Shown: piece after piece, positions 55,612-64,000 of the stretch
Layout of the letters: the number at the start of each line of letters is the position of its first letter
Numbering within the stretch: position 1 is the first letter of the stretch
Virus record (IMG/VR): IMGVR_UViG_3300027973_000030
Span: 32,001-96,000 of that record
DNA length: 64,000 bases
Source of the DNA: a virus
Direction: 5' to 3' (one strand)
Notes under the pieces: generated by a model
Told to the model about the DNA's origin: nothing
Databases searched by the model: none
What the model saw: only the letters and a program-made list of their open reading frames with translations
Made by a program: the position numbers and the translations under genes

Positions 55612-57666
55612 TTACTCATTGTAAGGGTTAGGGTAGCCAAATGGGTATGCACTTTGAGCTGTTGGAGCCATATACTGAGCATTAATAGCTGCAGCATTAT
55701 TTGCATTCCTACGAGATCCAAAAGCATTAGGAAATTTTCTTTCCATTAACATATTAATTGTACCAGAATCTAATGATTTATCTGTTTTCAAACGAGCAGC
55801 ATAGTTTTCCATTTCTTGTAATGTAGCAGTATCAGTTAGACCTGCCTGACCAGTAACCATATTCATCCAACCATTTTTATCTTTCCACTTAATATACTTT
55901 CCTTGATTACTATCTTCTAAAGAGTAATAAGGATTAGTTTGATTAAGTACAGTTTGTTTACCAGCATTTTCATACTCGTTCATATCATACATATCTCTAT
56001 TTCTAAGATCCATTCTCATAGCATTACGATAAGCTTTGTCTTCTTGCTGACCGTTGTATACTAACTTATCTGCAGCATCAGCTCTATATGCCATTACCTT
56101 ATTCATAATATCTGTTTGTAAAGGACTAAACTGATTAGCTACTCCTACACTCATATTCTGATATTTACCTTGAGTATTACCAACTTGTTCAGCTCCTTGA
56201 GCATTTAAAGCATTGACTCTAGCAGAAAACTGTTGAGGATCCATTTGCTGCATGTAAGCAGCCATCATACTACGTTGTGATGCACCTTCAGCCAACTCTC
56301 TGTTAGGATCATAGAACGTAGGTTCTGGTATCATAGCATTAAGAGGAGCGGCATACGGTGTATAACGTTTAGAAGGAACCATAAACTGTTTACCAAAGAA
56401 CGGTCTTCTTCCACCTGGTGTTTCATCACCCCCACCTCCACCAGTTCCACCACCAGTAGGTATTTCATCATAAGTTATTTCAGCAGGAGGAGTTTCCCAT
56501 GATCTAATACACTTAGTAGGATCATTAGGATCTGGAGTATAATAATTCTTTTCTCCGTTAGGTCCATCTGGACAAGTTTTAGTCTCAGGTGTTCCAGGTA
56601 CTACATTTCCAGGAGCAGCCGGTGTATACTTTGGCATTTTACCATGAAGCATATCCCACAATCCTTTTTCTTTTTCTGGATCTGTAGCATCTTTAAAACC
56701 TTGCTTATTTAAGAAAGTATTGTAACAACCAGGTCTAGCTTTCATATCTGCTAGTGTATACTTAAGATTACCACAAGGTCCTCCACCTGTAGGACCACCT
56801 CTAGGAATATTATATCCTGGAGTTAATGATCCAGGTTTACCACCTGTAGTACTACCTGCTTTACCAGGAGTTATAATAATATCTTTACTATCTTTACCTG
56901 ACGTACCAGGTTTTCTCCAAATATTTGTATCACCTACTTTTTTATAACCTTCTTTTTCATATTTAGCAATCTCTTCCTTCTTAACTTTTTTAGGACTAGT
57001 AGTACCGCCACCTTGCATATAGTCTCCACCATCTTGATAGAAACCACCCATCTTAGCTAGTTGTTCTCCCATACCTTCAGGTAATATAGACTTAGCTACA
57101 TCAGGAATACCTTGAGGAAATCCTTTCATACCTTCTTGAACTAAAGCTAAACCACCTAACTTCTTTTCAAAGTTTTGAATCATCAAAGCTGCAGTGTTTT
57201 TAGACATCTTATCAGCATATGGATCGTCAAGGATTGCTTTATACTTGTTAACATCATATTGTTTAGCTAGTTCAGCAGGTGTGTATTTTTGTTTAGTCTC
57301 TGGAGACTTACCAAATTTACCTAGAACAGCACCACCAATACGTAACTTCTTAGTATCTGAATATATAAATGTACCTTCAGGAACTTTTAATGGTGTACCA
57401 CCTTGTGTATGTTTTTTACCACCGATGTTCATATGTTCATTATGACCATCGTTATTAAAGTCTCCATAAGCAGTCTCACCTTTCTCTGCTTCAATGTTAG
57501 CTTCATCTCTATCAACTGGTTGTAGAGTTGTGGATACTGAATCATATGGATTATTATTCATATCAGAGTAAACATTTCTCTGACCTAAATCTAAACCATA
57601 ATTACTTTGACCTCCATAAGCCATAGACTCTGGAGCACTTTTAATTCTTACTTTATATGTTTTCAT
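55612..57666 (-). CDS. virion cargo-like protein with xxGG motifs
   Basis: ANIEAEKGE...GKKHTQGG...FIYSD domain seen in crAss-like structural-region genes; G/P-rich middle. Confidence 0.7.
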   Translation of the reverse strand: MKTYKVRIKSAPESMAYGGQSNYGLDLGQRNVYSDMNNNPYDSVSTTLQPVDRDEANIEAEKGETAYGDFNNDGHNEHMNIGGKKHTQGGTPLKVPEGTFIYSDTKKLRIGGAVLGKFGKSPETKQKYTPAELAKQYDVNKYKAILDDPYADKMSKNTAALMIQNFEKKLGGLALVQEGMKGFPQGIPDVAKSILPEGMGEQLAKMGGFYQDGGDYMQGGGTTSPKKVKKEEIAKYEKEGYKKVGDTNIWRKPGTSGKDSKDIIITPGKAGSTTGGKPGSLTPGYNIPRGGPTGGGPCGNLKYTLADMKARPGCYNTFLNKQGFKDATDPEKEKGLWDMLHGKMPKYTPAAPGNVVPGTPETKTCPDGPNGEKNYYTPDPNDPTKCIRSWETPPAEITYDEIPTGGGTGGGGGDETPGGRRPFFGKQFMVPSKRYTPYAAPLNAMIPEPTFYDPNRELAEGASQRSMMAAYMQQMDPQQFSARVNALNAQGAEQVGNTQGKYQNMSVGVANQFSPLQTDIMNKVMAYRADAADKLVYNGQQEDKAYRNAMRMDLRNRDMYDMNEYENAGKQTVLNQTNPYYSLEDSNQGKYIKWKDKNGWMNMVTGQAGLTDTATLQEMENYAARLKTDKSLDSGTINMLMERKFPNAFGSRRNANNAAAINAQYMAPTAQSAYPFGYPNPYNE

Positions 57667-57687
57667 ATTCTTATAGATATTACAAAT

Positions 57688-59526
57688 TTATAGAAATTCT
57701 ACCTCACCACCTGAAGCTAGTATATGTTTTATTTCATCTTCAGTTAATTCATATACTCCGTCAGGTTCATATGATTTAGAATTAATAGACCCACCTTCAG
57801 CAAAAAGATTCATATCTTTTATTTTAGTATAAGCTTTTTTACCTTCCCACCTAGCAAATTCTTTAAAAAGCTTATCTTTTTCTGCAGGAGATAGATCACT
57901 TAACCTCTTATCTCCTCCCATATTTTTTACTATATCAGATGTAGAAGCATTAGGTGTATTACGATTACCACTCACCCATTGATTTCTAGCTTCAGATATA
58001 GTTAGACCTGAATAGTTAGGACCAAATAATAAATCTTTACCAGCTTGAATTCCTGTATTAAGATCTGGGAACCTACCTACATTTCCACCACTATCTTTAG
58101 CACCTTTAGTAGCTCCATATTTAGAAGTAAAATCTCCGTAATGAATGTTTAATGGATTGTTATGTGATAAAGCAACTTCATCACTATTGTCTGAACCTCT
58201 ATTAAAGCTTACATGAACATGATCAGTATGAGGATTATCTCCATTATATGGTCTCCAAGAATCAGATACAGATGGATTCCATATCTGCTTATTCCAGATA
58301 ATATATTTAACGTTCTTATCTTGAGCTTCTTTAATAAGCTTTTGAGCTATCTGAGTTCCTTGATCAACACCTAAGATACCAATATCTAAAGCATCACCAG
58401 TGTTATGATCACTTACCTTTTTTTGGTGAGCTTTATCTCCCCATATACCATAGTTCTTAACTCCTTGAAACTGAGAAGAAATCTCTTGCCAAGTTTGTTC
58501 AGCTATAGGATTAGCTCCACTACTTGCTGCTACTGGAGCAGAAGATTCATAAGCTTCACCTGTACTAACTGGATTAGTCAATGCTGCAGACAACTGAGTT
58601 TCTTCTATAGGCATAGTTAATGCATCAGGAATAACACCCCCACCATACTGAGCCATACGTGGTAAGAACTGACCTGTATACATTCCTTTATTTACAACAT
58701 ACTCATCAGGTCTAAACTCACCAAATCTACTACCACTAACTACATAGTCTCCACGATTACCTGACATTTCACTAGTAACTTCAGGAAATAATGAGTCTGT
58801 AGATGTTTGACGTCTCATATACTTATCAAAATCTTTCTTCTTTTTATATCCGTTAACTAACTGTGTACCAAGGTTTCCCCATGATACAAGTTGGTCCATA
58901 CCTTCAAAAGCTTTTTCTACAGGTTGTCCTATATTTTTATTATACCAACCAGCTGCTTGTGCAAGTTTACCAGGACCTTTAGCTTGTGCAGCTGCTGCAG
59001 TTTGTGGTGGTTGATAATTTTCTCCAGCAGGATCTGTATCAAAACCTTCATCATCCCACTCACTATGCCATTTTCTAGCAGGTTGTGGTGTAGTTATAGG
59101 TGCAGCTGGTTGAGCTGTACCCATTGGTTGAACTGCTGCAGGTAAAATATTATTAGATTGGCTAAATGGATTAATACTAGCAGCTTGCCCAGAAGCTGAT
59201 AAAGGTTTAAAACTTAAACTAGGAGCTTTAGGAGCTAATGATCTAAGAAGATTTACTCTATTATAATTAGGTGTTGTAAAGTTAGGCATTACAGACTTAG
59301 GTGTAGTCATACTAGTATTAAATGTATTAGTATTAAACTGTCCTTTAGAATCTAAAGCTTGTTTAAGTAAAGCAATACCACCAGGACTATTAGGATCTAT
59401 TTGCATACCATTGTATTGTACTGCACCATTAGACATACTTGTAGGCATACCAAACTGACTAGCTGGTAAACCATTAGTTCCAAATTGAGCTTTTGGCATG
59501 CTCCTACCTGTAATACGTATTTTCAT
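57688..59526 (-). CDS. modular protein with peptidase M15-like and lysozyme-like domains
   Basis: SDHNTGDALDI...YIIWN...HTDHVHVSF; HNNPLNI...FPDLNTG. Confidence 0.7.
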   Translation of the reverse strand: MKIRITGRSMPKAQFGTNGLPASQFGMPTSMSNGAVQYNGMQIDPNSPGGIALLKQALDSKGQFNTNTFNTSMTTPKSVMPNFTTPNYNRVNLLRSLAPKAPSLSFKPLSASGQAASINPFSQSNNILPAAVQPMGTAQPAAPITTPQPARKWHSEWDDEGFDTDPAGENYQPPQTAAAAQAKGPGKLAQAAGWYNKNIGQPVEKAFEGMDQLVSWGNLGTQLVNGYKKKKDFDKYMRRQTSTDSLFPEVTSEMSGNRGDYVVSGSRFGEFRPDEYVVNKGMYTGQFLPRMAQYGGGVIPDALTMPIEETQLSAALTNPVSTGEAYESSAPVAASSGANPIAEQTWQEISSQFQGVKNYGIWGDKAHQKKVSDHNTGDALDIGILGVDQGTQIAQKLIKEAQDKNVKYIIWNKQIWNPSVSDSWRPYNGDNPHTDHVHVSFNRGSDNSDEVALSHNNPLNIHYGDFTSKYGATKGAKDSGGNVGRFPDLNTGIQAGKDLLFGPNYSGLTISEARNQWVSGNRNTPNASTSDIVKNMGGDKRLSDLSPAEKDKLFKEFARWEGKKAYTKIKDMNLFAEGGSINSKSYEPDGVYELTEDEIKHILASGGEVEFL

Positions 59527-60956
59527 TAGTCAATAATTTCAAAATTATAACCACCTTGTTTTAACATTTGTAATTCTTCTGGCGTAACATCAAGTACATC
59601 ACCTTCTACTGGACCACCCATTTGCTTAGCAAAGTTCTTAGCAAAGTTAGCTTTTTTCCTCATAGCAGGACTATACTTTCCTTTAGGAGCGTTAAGTATA
59701 GTAGATGCAGCTTGTTGTACTCCCATGCCCATACGAGTTGCTTGAGCTTTAAATGTACCTTTCTTAGCAGGATCTAGATGTATACCACCATATGCCATTT
59801 CTCCATATTGAGGAATATATGTATCACTATCTGTTATCATAGAACCACCCACTTGATACCACGCATTACCACTAAATGTAGAACCACCATTCTTTCTTGT
59901 AGGAGCAACTGCTAATGACTTTTGCATAGCTTTACTAAACTGCATGTCATCCGCTACCTTTGTCATACGACTAAGATCTGTTTTGCTACTTCCAGGATGT
60001 GGATTAGTCATAATACAAGAAAATGTACCATCTCCATTACTATATTTAGTATAACCTGGAGGACAATCAAAACCACCTGGTCTAGGTATAGAACCTGCTG
60101 TGTTTGATACAGGGTAACCTGTTACATAATCTTTGTGATAAGCTGAAGGATACTTTTCAGCATCTGCAGCATTTTGTTCAAGTATAGAATTATAATCAGG
60201 TTGACCACCTTGTTGATAGTTAGCACCTGGCATTTCATTTTCTGGTTCTTGTTGTTCACCATACTGCATATAATCAGCTACAGTATTAAGATAGTCATCA
60301 GCTAATGTAATCTTAGAAGCAACCCAAGGATCAACTTCTGTATCAGCACTATTAATAAACTTTTGTAAACGAGATAACTTATCATGCATAGCAGCTATTT
60401 GACCCATAGCCATACCTGCATTACTTTCACCACCGTCTGCCATCTCACTCATTGGATTATAATGTCCACCATATCCCATATTACTTAAGATCTTAGCTTG
60501 TACATAATCAGGTAGTGCATCAAAACCTGCATTGTTAGTACCACCGTTACCATACACTCCACCATATGCAGCTTCTTGTGCACGAATCTTTGATTCTTGT
60601 TCTAGCATTTCTTTAGTGGGTTTTTTACCAGAACCTTTATTAGCTCTAATATTATCCCATAAACCACGTTTAGAATAAGAACCATCAGCTCTACGTATCA
60701 TTCCACCATCAACAAACATACCTGTAGTATATCCACCATATGCCATAGCAGCTTGTTCCATATCAGGTTGCTCTTGTTGTTGAGCACTACCTTGTTGTAA
60801 AGTCTGCATCATCTGTTGAATAGCTTGCTGTTGTTGTTCAGCGGGCATCTGTTGTAGCTTCTGCATTAACTGTTTAGGATCAATCTTATTCATCTGAGCA
60901 TACTGTTGAATAATCTGCATGATCTGAGCTTGTTGCCCACCTTGTTGAAAGTACAT
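59526..60956 (-). CDS. modular polyprotein-like protein segmented by about 13 xxGG motifs
   Basis: FQQGG, MAYGG, FVDGG, AAYGG, YGNGG, MGYGG, MADGG, YQQGG, RKNGG, YQVGG, MAYGG, KQMGG, LKQGG. Confidence 0.8.
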   Translation of the reverse strand: MYFQQGGQQAQIMQIIQQYAQMNKIDPKQLMQKLQQMPAEQQQQAIQQMMQTLQQGSAQQQEQPDMEQAAMAYGGYTTGMFVDGGMIRRADGSYSKRGLWDNIRANKGSGKKPTKEMLEQESKIRAQEAAYGGVYGNGGTNNAGFDALPDYVQAKILSNMGYGGHYNPMSEMADGGESNAGMAMGQIAAMHDKLSRLQKFINSADTEVDPWVASKITLADDYLNTVADYMQYGEQQEPENEMPGANYQQGGQPDYNSILEQNAADAEKYPSAYHKDYVTGYPVSNTAGSIPRPGGFDCPPGYTKYSNGDGTFSCIMTNPHPGSSKTDLSRMTKVADDMQFSKAMQKSLAVAPTRKNGGSTFSGNAWYQVGGSMITDSDTYIPQYGEMAYGGIHLDPAKKGTFKAQATRMGMGVQQAASTILNAPKGKYSPAMRKKANFAKNFAKQMGGPVEGDVLDVTPEELQMLKQGGYNFEIID

Positions 60957-60960
60957 AATG

Positions 60961-63900
60961 TTATTTTTTATAAGTTACTTTTATACTGTGTTTCTTTTCT
61001 AAATATTGTTTACCTAAAGCTACACCACCCATTTGTTTTTTAGGAGTAAAGTTTGGATTCTTAGAATTAAATGGTTGGTAATCATTAGTATTCCAAATAC
61101 GACCATACCAAGTATCATTATAATCACTATTAGGTACACCAGGAGCTGGGTTATTTATATTTCTATAATACCAATCTCTTCCTTTATTCATTAGAACTCT
61201 TCTTTGGTTTTCTGGAAGTTTACCTATTGTACCATCATACTCTTGATCAAATGAATATGGTGCATTTTTTCTACCTGCCCACTTACCATGTGCATCTAAT
61301 TTAGATCCATCATTCTCTCTATAGTATTCTTGTAAAGCAAACGCTCTAGGATCTTTAGTTATTTTATTATTAGCTTTATCCCACCCTGCATTAAATATAA
61401 AGTCCATAGCTTCACCAGCTTCCATAGCACTTGCGTTTGGTAATATTTTTTGTACTTCAGGATATATTTTATCCATAAGTATTGTTTTATACTTAGGGTC
61501 TCTATAATCAGGATTACCATTTGTACCATCTAAAGGTGCACTACCTGAACCTCCTCTTAATACTTCATATTGTAATATTTTATTAGCTTGATGTCTAACA
61601 CTATCTGTTTTACTAACTTGTCCTGCCATTTGATATGGTGGTATAGTACCGCCATCTTCCCAAGTCTTTCTAGCAAATGCTCTAAAGAATGGATTACCAG
61701 CTAAGTTACTTTTATGTCTAGCATAGAAAGCAGCTTTTCTTTTAGGATCATTAGGATGCTGTCCTAATTTAGAATCACCAAAGTATTTAACAGTTCCATC
61801 AGGTCCTGTCACTTTATGTGTCTTACCTTTTCTATCATGACTTCTAGTTACTACATATCCTCCACCTTTCATTTTATTTTTACTAGCAGTAAGTTTATCA
61901 TATTCTTTATCAGCTAATATTTGAAACTCTTCTCTCAATTTAGGTTCAATAATAGAATGAGCTTCATACTCTTGAGTACCTGGAGCATAATAGTTTTTAT
62001 CATACGCACTTTTCCATGAGTCTGCATTAAATATATCACTTAAACTCATATTCTTTAATGTGTTTAAGTAATCATTACCTATGTGTGATTTAATAAATCC
62101 TAGGTTACCTTTTTTATTTAATTGTACTTTATGAGCTAGTTCACTAATAAGTGAATCACCACGATAATCACTTTCAGGATTATGTATTTGTAAAGTGTCA
62201 CTGAAAGGAGTAACTCTAAGCATAGGTCTATCTTGCTTATCAAGCATCTTTATATCATGACCTTTATATTTAGTATACATCTGTTCTCCTGCAAGATAAG
62301 AAGACATAGGACTATTTACAGGTGACTCACGATCTTGCCAATCTTCAGCTTCTTTCCTCCATCTATCAAAATAAGCTTTAGCTGTAGGGTTTCTATGTCC
62401 ATAAACAGTTACTTCTGGAAGAGTATATCCACCAGTTTGCATCATAGGATATTCATCCACATGCTCAGCTTCACCAAAAGAATAATCTTTACCTGGATAC
62501 ATCATTTGCTTTTTACCATTAGAACCTATACCTAATACAGGATAGTTAACACCTTGCATAGTAATGTCTGATCCTGGTATACGTGTAACCTCACCTGGGT
62601 GAGCCCACTGACCCATTGGATCTACCACTGGACCACCTTGTGCATAATATCCTTTTTTCTTAAGTGCCTTTATAATACGATCATAGTCAATCTGATTAAC
62701 ATCCGGCTTACCTAATACTTCTTTATCTTTAGGGTTAGCTTTCATATAGTTAGTACGGATCTGCTTATGAGTAATAATACTATTTAAAGGTATCTTATTC
62801 TTCTTAATAATAGGACCAGCGTATTCTACAAATGAGTTAATCTGTTTGTCTGTAAGACGAGTCTTATCAGTATCACCTTGGAATTCTATACCTACACCAA
62901 AGTCATTTACATTATCTCTACCATTCATCATTGACTTACCAGCATGGAAAGTAACTTGATCTGGACGAGCGTAATTATAACGTGTACCATCAAAGTCAAT
63001 CACTACGTGTGAAGACTCACCAGGATTACTAAATTGTTTAGCAACACCTTGCATAGCTTTAGACATTCCTTTACTTACACCTGTAGTATCTGAGTATCCT
63101 GTATGGTGAAGAATAATAGCTTTCTGTTCATTAGTTAATGAGTGCCCCTTTTTAAAAGACTCATCATTCTTAGTCCTAATGTTAGGAGTATTCATTGGTA
63201 CATCTCTAAACTGAGTTTGTGGTGCCGCCTCGTTAGTACCTCTAGTATAATTACCTGGTTTTAAATATAAAAACGCAGAACCACTTGTATTTTCACCTTG
63301 ATAATCTTTAAGTTGTTGAGCTGTAATCTTTTGATTTTTATTTCTAAGACCCATAGCATAACTACCATTATCAAGCGTTATAGCTTCTACATATGGATTG
63401 TCACCTTTAATTTGTTTAAACGCTCTACGTATATCTTCTGCTGAACCTGATACTAAGAACTGTTCACCTTTAGGAGTTTTAAAAATAACACGTCCTCCAG
63501 TAATCTGACCAAATGATTTAGTGTCTCTATTCCCTTTAGGTATTAATAGATTTAAACTACCTTCAGTCATCTTACCATCATCACCCATTACTTTTACAAC
63601 AGGACTAAGATGTTTATTAGAAGCTTTAGCTTTTGAGTCTTTAAGTTTCATAGAGCCGTCAGCTTCATCTATAAAGTCAACAATCTTATTACCAAATGTT
63701 TTAGTAATTCTATAATCAGTATTTACAAAATCTGCCTTATTACCAACTTTGATTTTACCAGCTGCATCTACACCAATATAAGTTGAGTTGTTAGCATCTT
63801 TAGCATTTTTAGCAAAGTAGTCTTTAGCTTTCTCAAATGATTGGAATGTAGTAATATCTGCTGCTTCTGTATCAATATCTTTATATTCATCTCTATTACG

Positions 63901-63999
63901 TGTATCCCAATTAGTTTGATTAAGATCGATCATAGCTGGAATAACATAACGATTTTTATCTATGTTTATAGTATCTCCTGTAGATATAGCTGGTCTACC
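60961..63999 (-). CDS. large modular protein with N-acetylmuramoyl-L-alanine amidase (Amidase_2) domain, 5'-truncated by window edge
   Basis: Frame is open to the window end; IILHHT, SSHVVID, FHAG, GIEF and ITHKQI; further modules separated by xxGG motifs. Confidence 0.8.
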   Translation of the reverse strand, partial: GRPAISTGDTINIDKNRYVIPAMIDLNQTNWDTRNRDEYKDIDTEAADITTFQSFEKAKDYFAKNAKDANNSTYIGVDAAGKIKVGNKADFVNTDYRITKTFGNKIVDFIDEADGSMKLKDSKAKASNKHLSPVVKVMGDDGKMTEGSLNLLIPKGNRDTKSFGQITGGRVIFKTPKGEQFLVSGSAEDIRRAFKQIKGDNPYVEAITLDNGSYAMGLRNKNQKITAQQLKDYQGENTSGSAFLYLKPGNYTRGTNEAAPQTQFRDVPMNTPNIRTKNDESFKKGHSLTNEQKAIILHHTGYSDTTGVSKGMSKAMQGVAKQFSNPGESSHVVIDFDGTRYNYARPDQVTFHAGKSMMNGRDNVNDFGVGIEFQGDTDKTRLTDKQINSFVEYAGPIIKKNKIPLNSIITHKQIRTNYMKANPKDKEVLGKPDVNQIDYDRIIKALKKKGYYAQGGPVVDPMGQWAHPGEVTRIPGSDITMQGVNYPVLGIGSNGKKQMMYPGKDYSFGEAEHVDEYPMMQTGGYTLPEVTVYGHRNPTAKAYFDRWRKEAEDWQDRESPVNSPMSSYLAGEQMYTKYKGHDIKMLDKQDRPMLRVTPFSDTLQIHNPESDYRGDSLISELAHKVQLNKKGNLGFIKSHIGNDYLNTLKNMSLSDIFNADSWKSAYDKNYYAPGTQEYEAHSIIEPKLREEFQILADKEYDKLTASKNKMKGGGYVVTRSHDRKGKTHKVTGPDGTVKYFGDSKLGQHPNDPKRKAAFYARHKSNLAGNPFFRAFARKTWEDGGTIPPYQMAGQVSKTDSVRHQANKILQYEVLRGGSGSAPLDGTNGNPDYRDPKYKTILMDKIYPEVQKILPNASAMEAGEAMDFIFNAGWDKANNKITKDPRAFALQEYYRENDGSKLDAHGKWAGRKNAPYSFDQEYDGTIGKLPENQRRVLMNKGRDWYYRNINNPAPGVPNSDYNDTWYGRIWNTNDYQPFNSKNPNFTPKKQMGGVALGKQYLEKKHSIKVTYKK

Positions 64000-64000
64000 T

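Noticed and set aside
35071-63715. Numerous 60-170 aa + strand ORFs in the structural block
   Set aside because: They are antisense to long genuine genes, with atypical composition and no motifs
33696-63999. Stop-codon reassignment, as in some crAss-like phages
   Set aside because: The very long ORFs are intact in the standard code, TAG/TGA act as stops, and no suppressor tRNA was seen

Overview
This AT-rich window is part of a crAss-like (Crassvirales-related) lytic phage genome of a Bacteroidota host. Long ORFs read through in the standard genetic code, and I saw no tRNA, CRISPR array, integrase or intron. There are four blocks. (1) 1-7.5 kb, + strand: HNH, SF2 helicase, NinB-like, UDG and a MoxR AAA + vWA pair. 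(2) 7.5-16.3 kb, - strand: a lysis cassette (holin-like, spanin-like, GH19 endolysin) followed by an unusual 8-gene cell-envelope module (CsgG-family proteins, a cohesin/dockerin-like protein, a lipoprotein resembling a T9SS C-terminal domain, a Ser-rich beta-barrel). (3) 16.4-33.7 kb, + strand: replication and nucleotide genes (DnaA-C domain, DnaB, Sak4-like ATPase, SSB, primase, PD-(D/E)XK exonuclease, PolB, dNMP kinase, phosphatases) plus a micro-gene array punctuated by a 22-bp repeat. (4) 33.7-64 kb, - strand: giant virion/ejected proteins, including a 4512-aa DFDID-type RNA polymerase and four modular proteins segmented by a recurring [MYF]-x-x-G-G motif. The top candidates for new biology are the GG-punctuated polyprotein set, the envelope module and the repeat-delimited micro-gene array. 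All family assignments come from motif recognition by eye, not from database searches.
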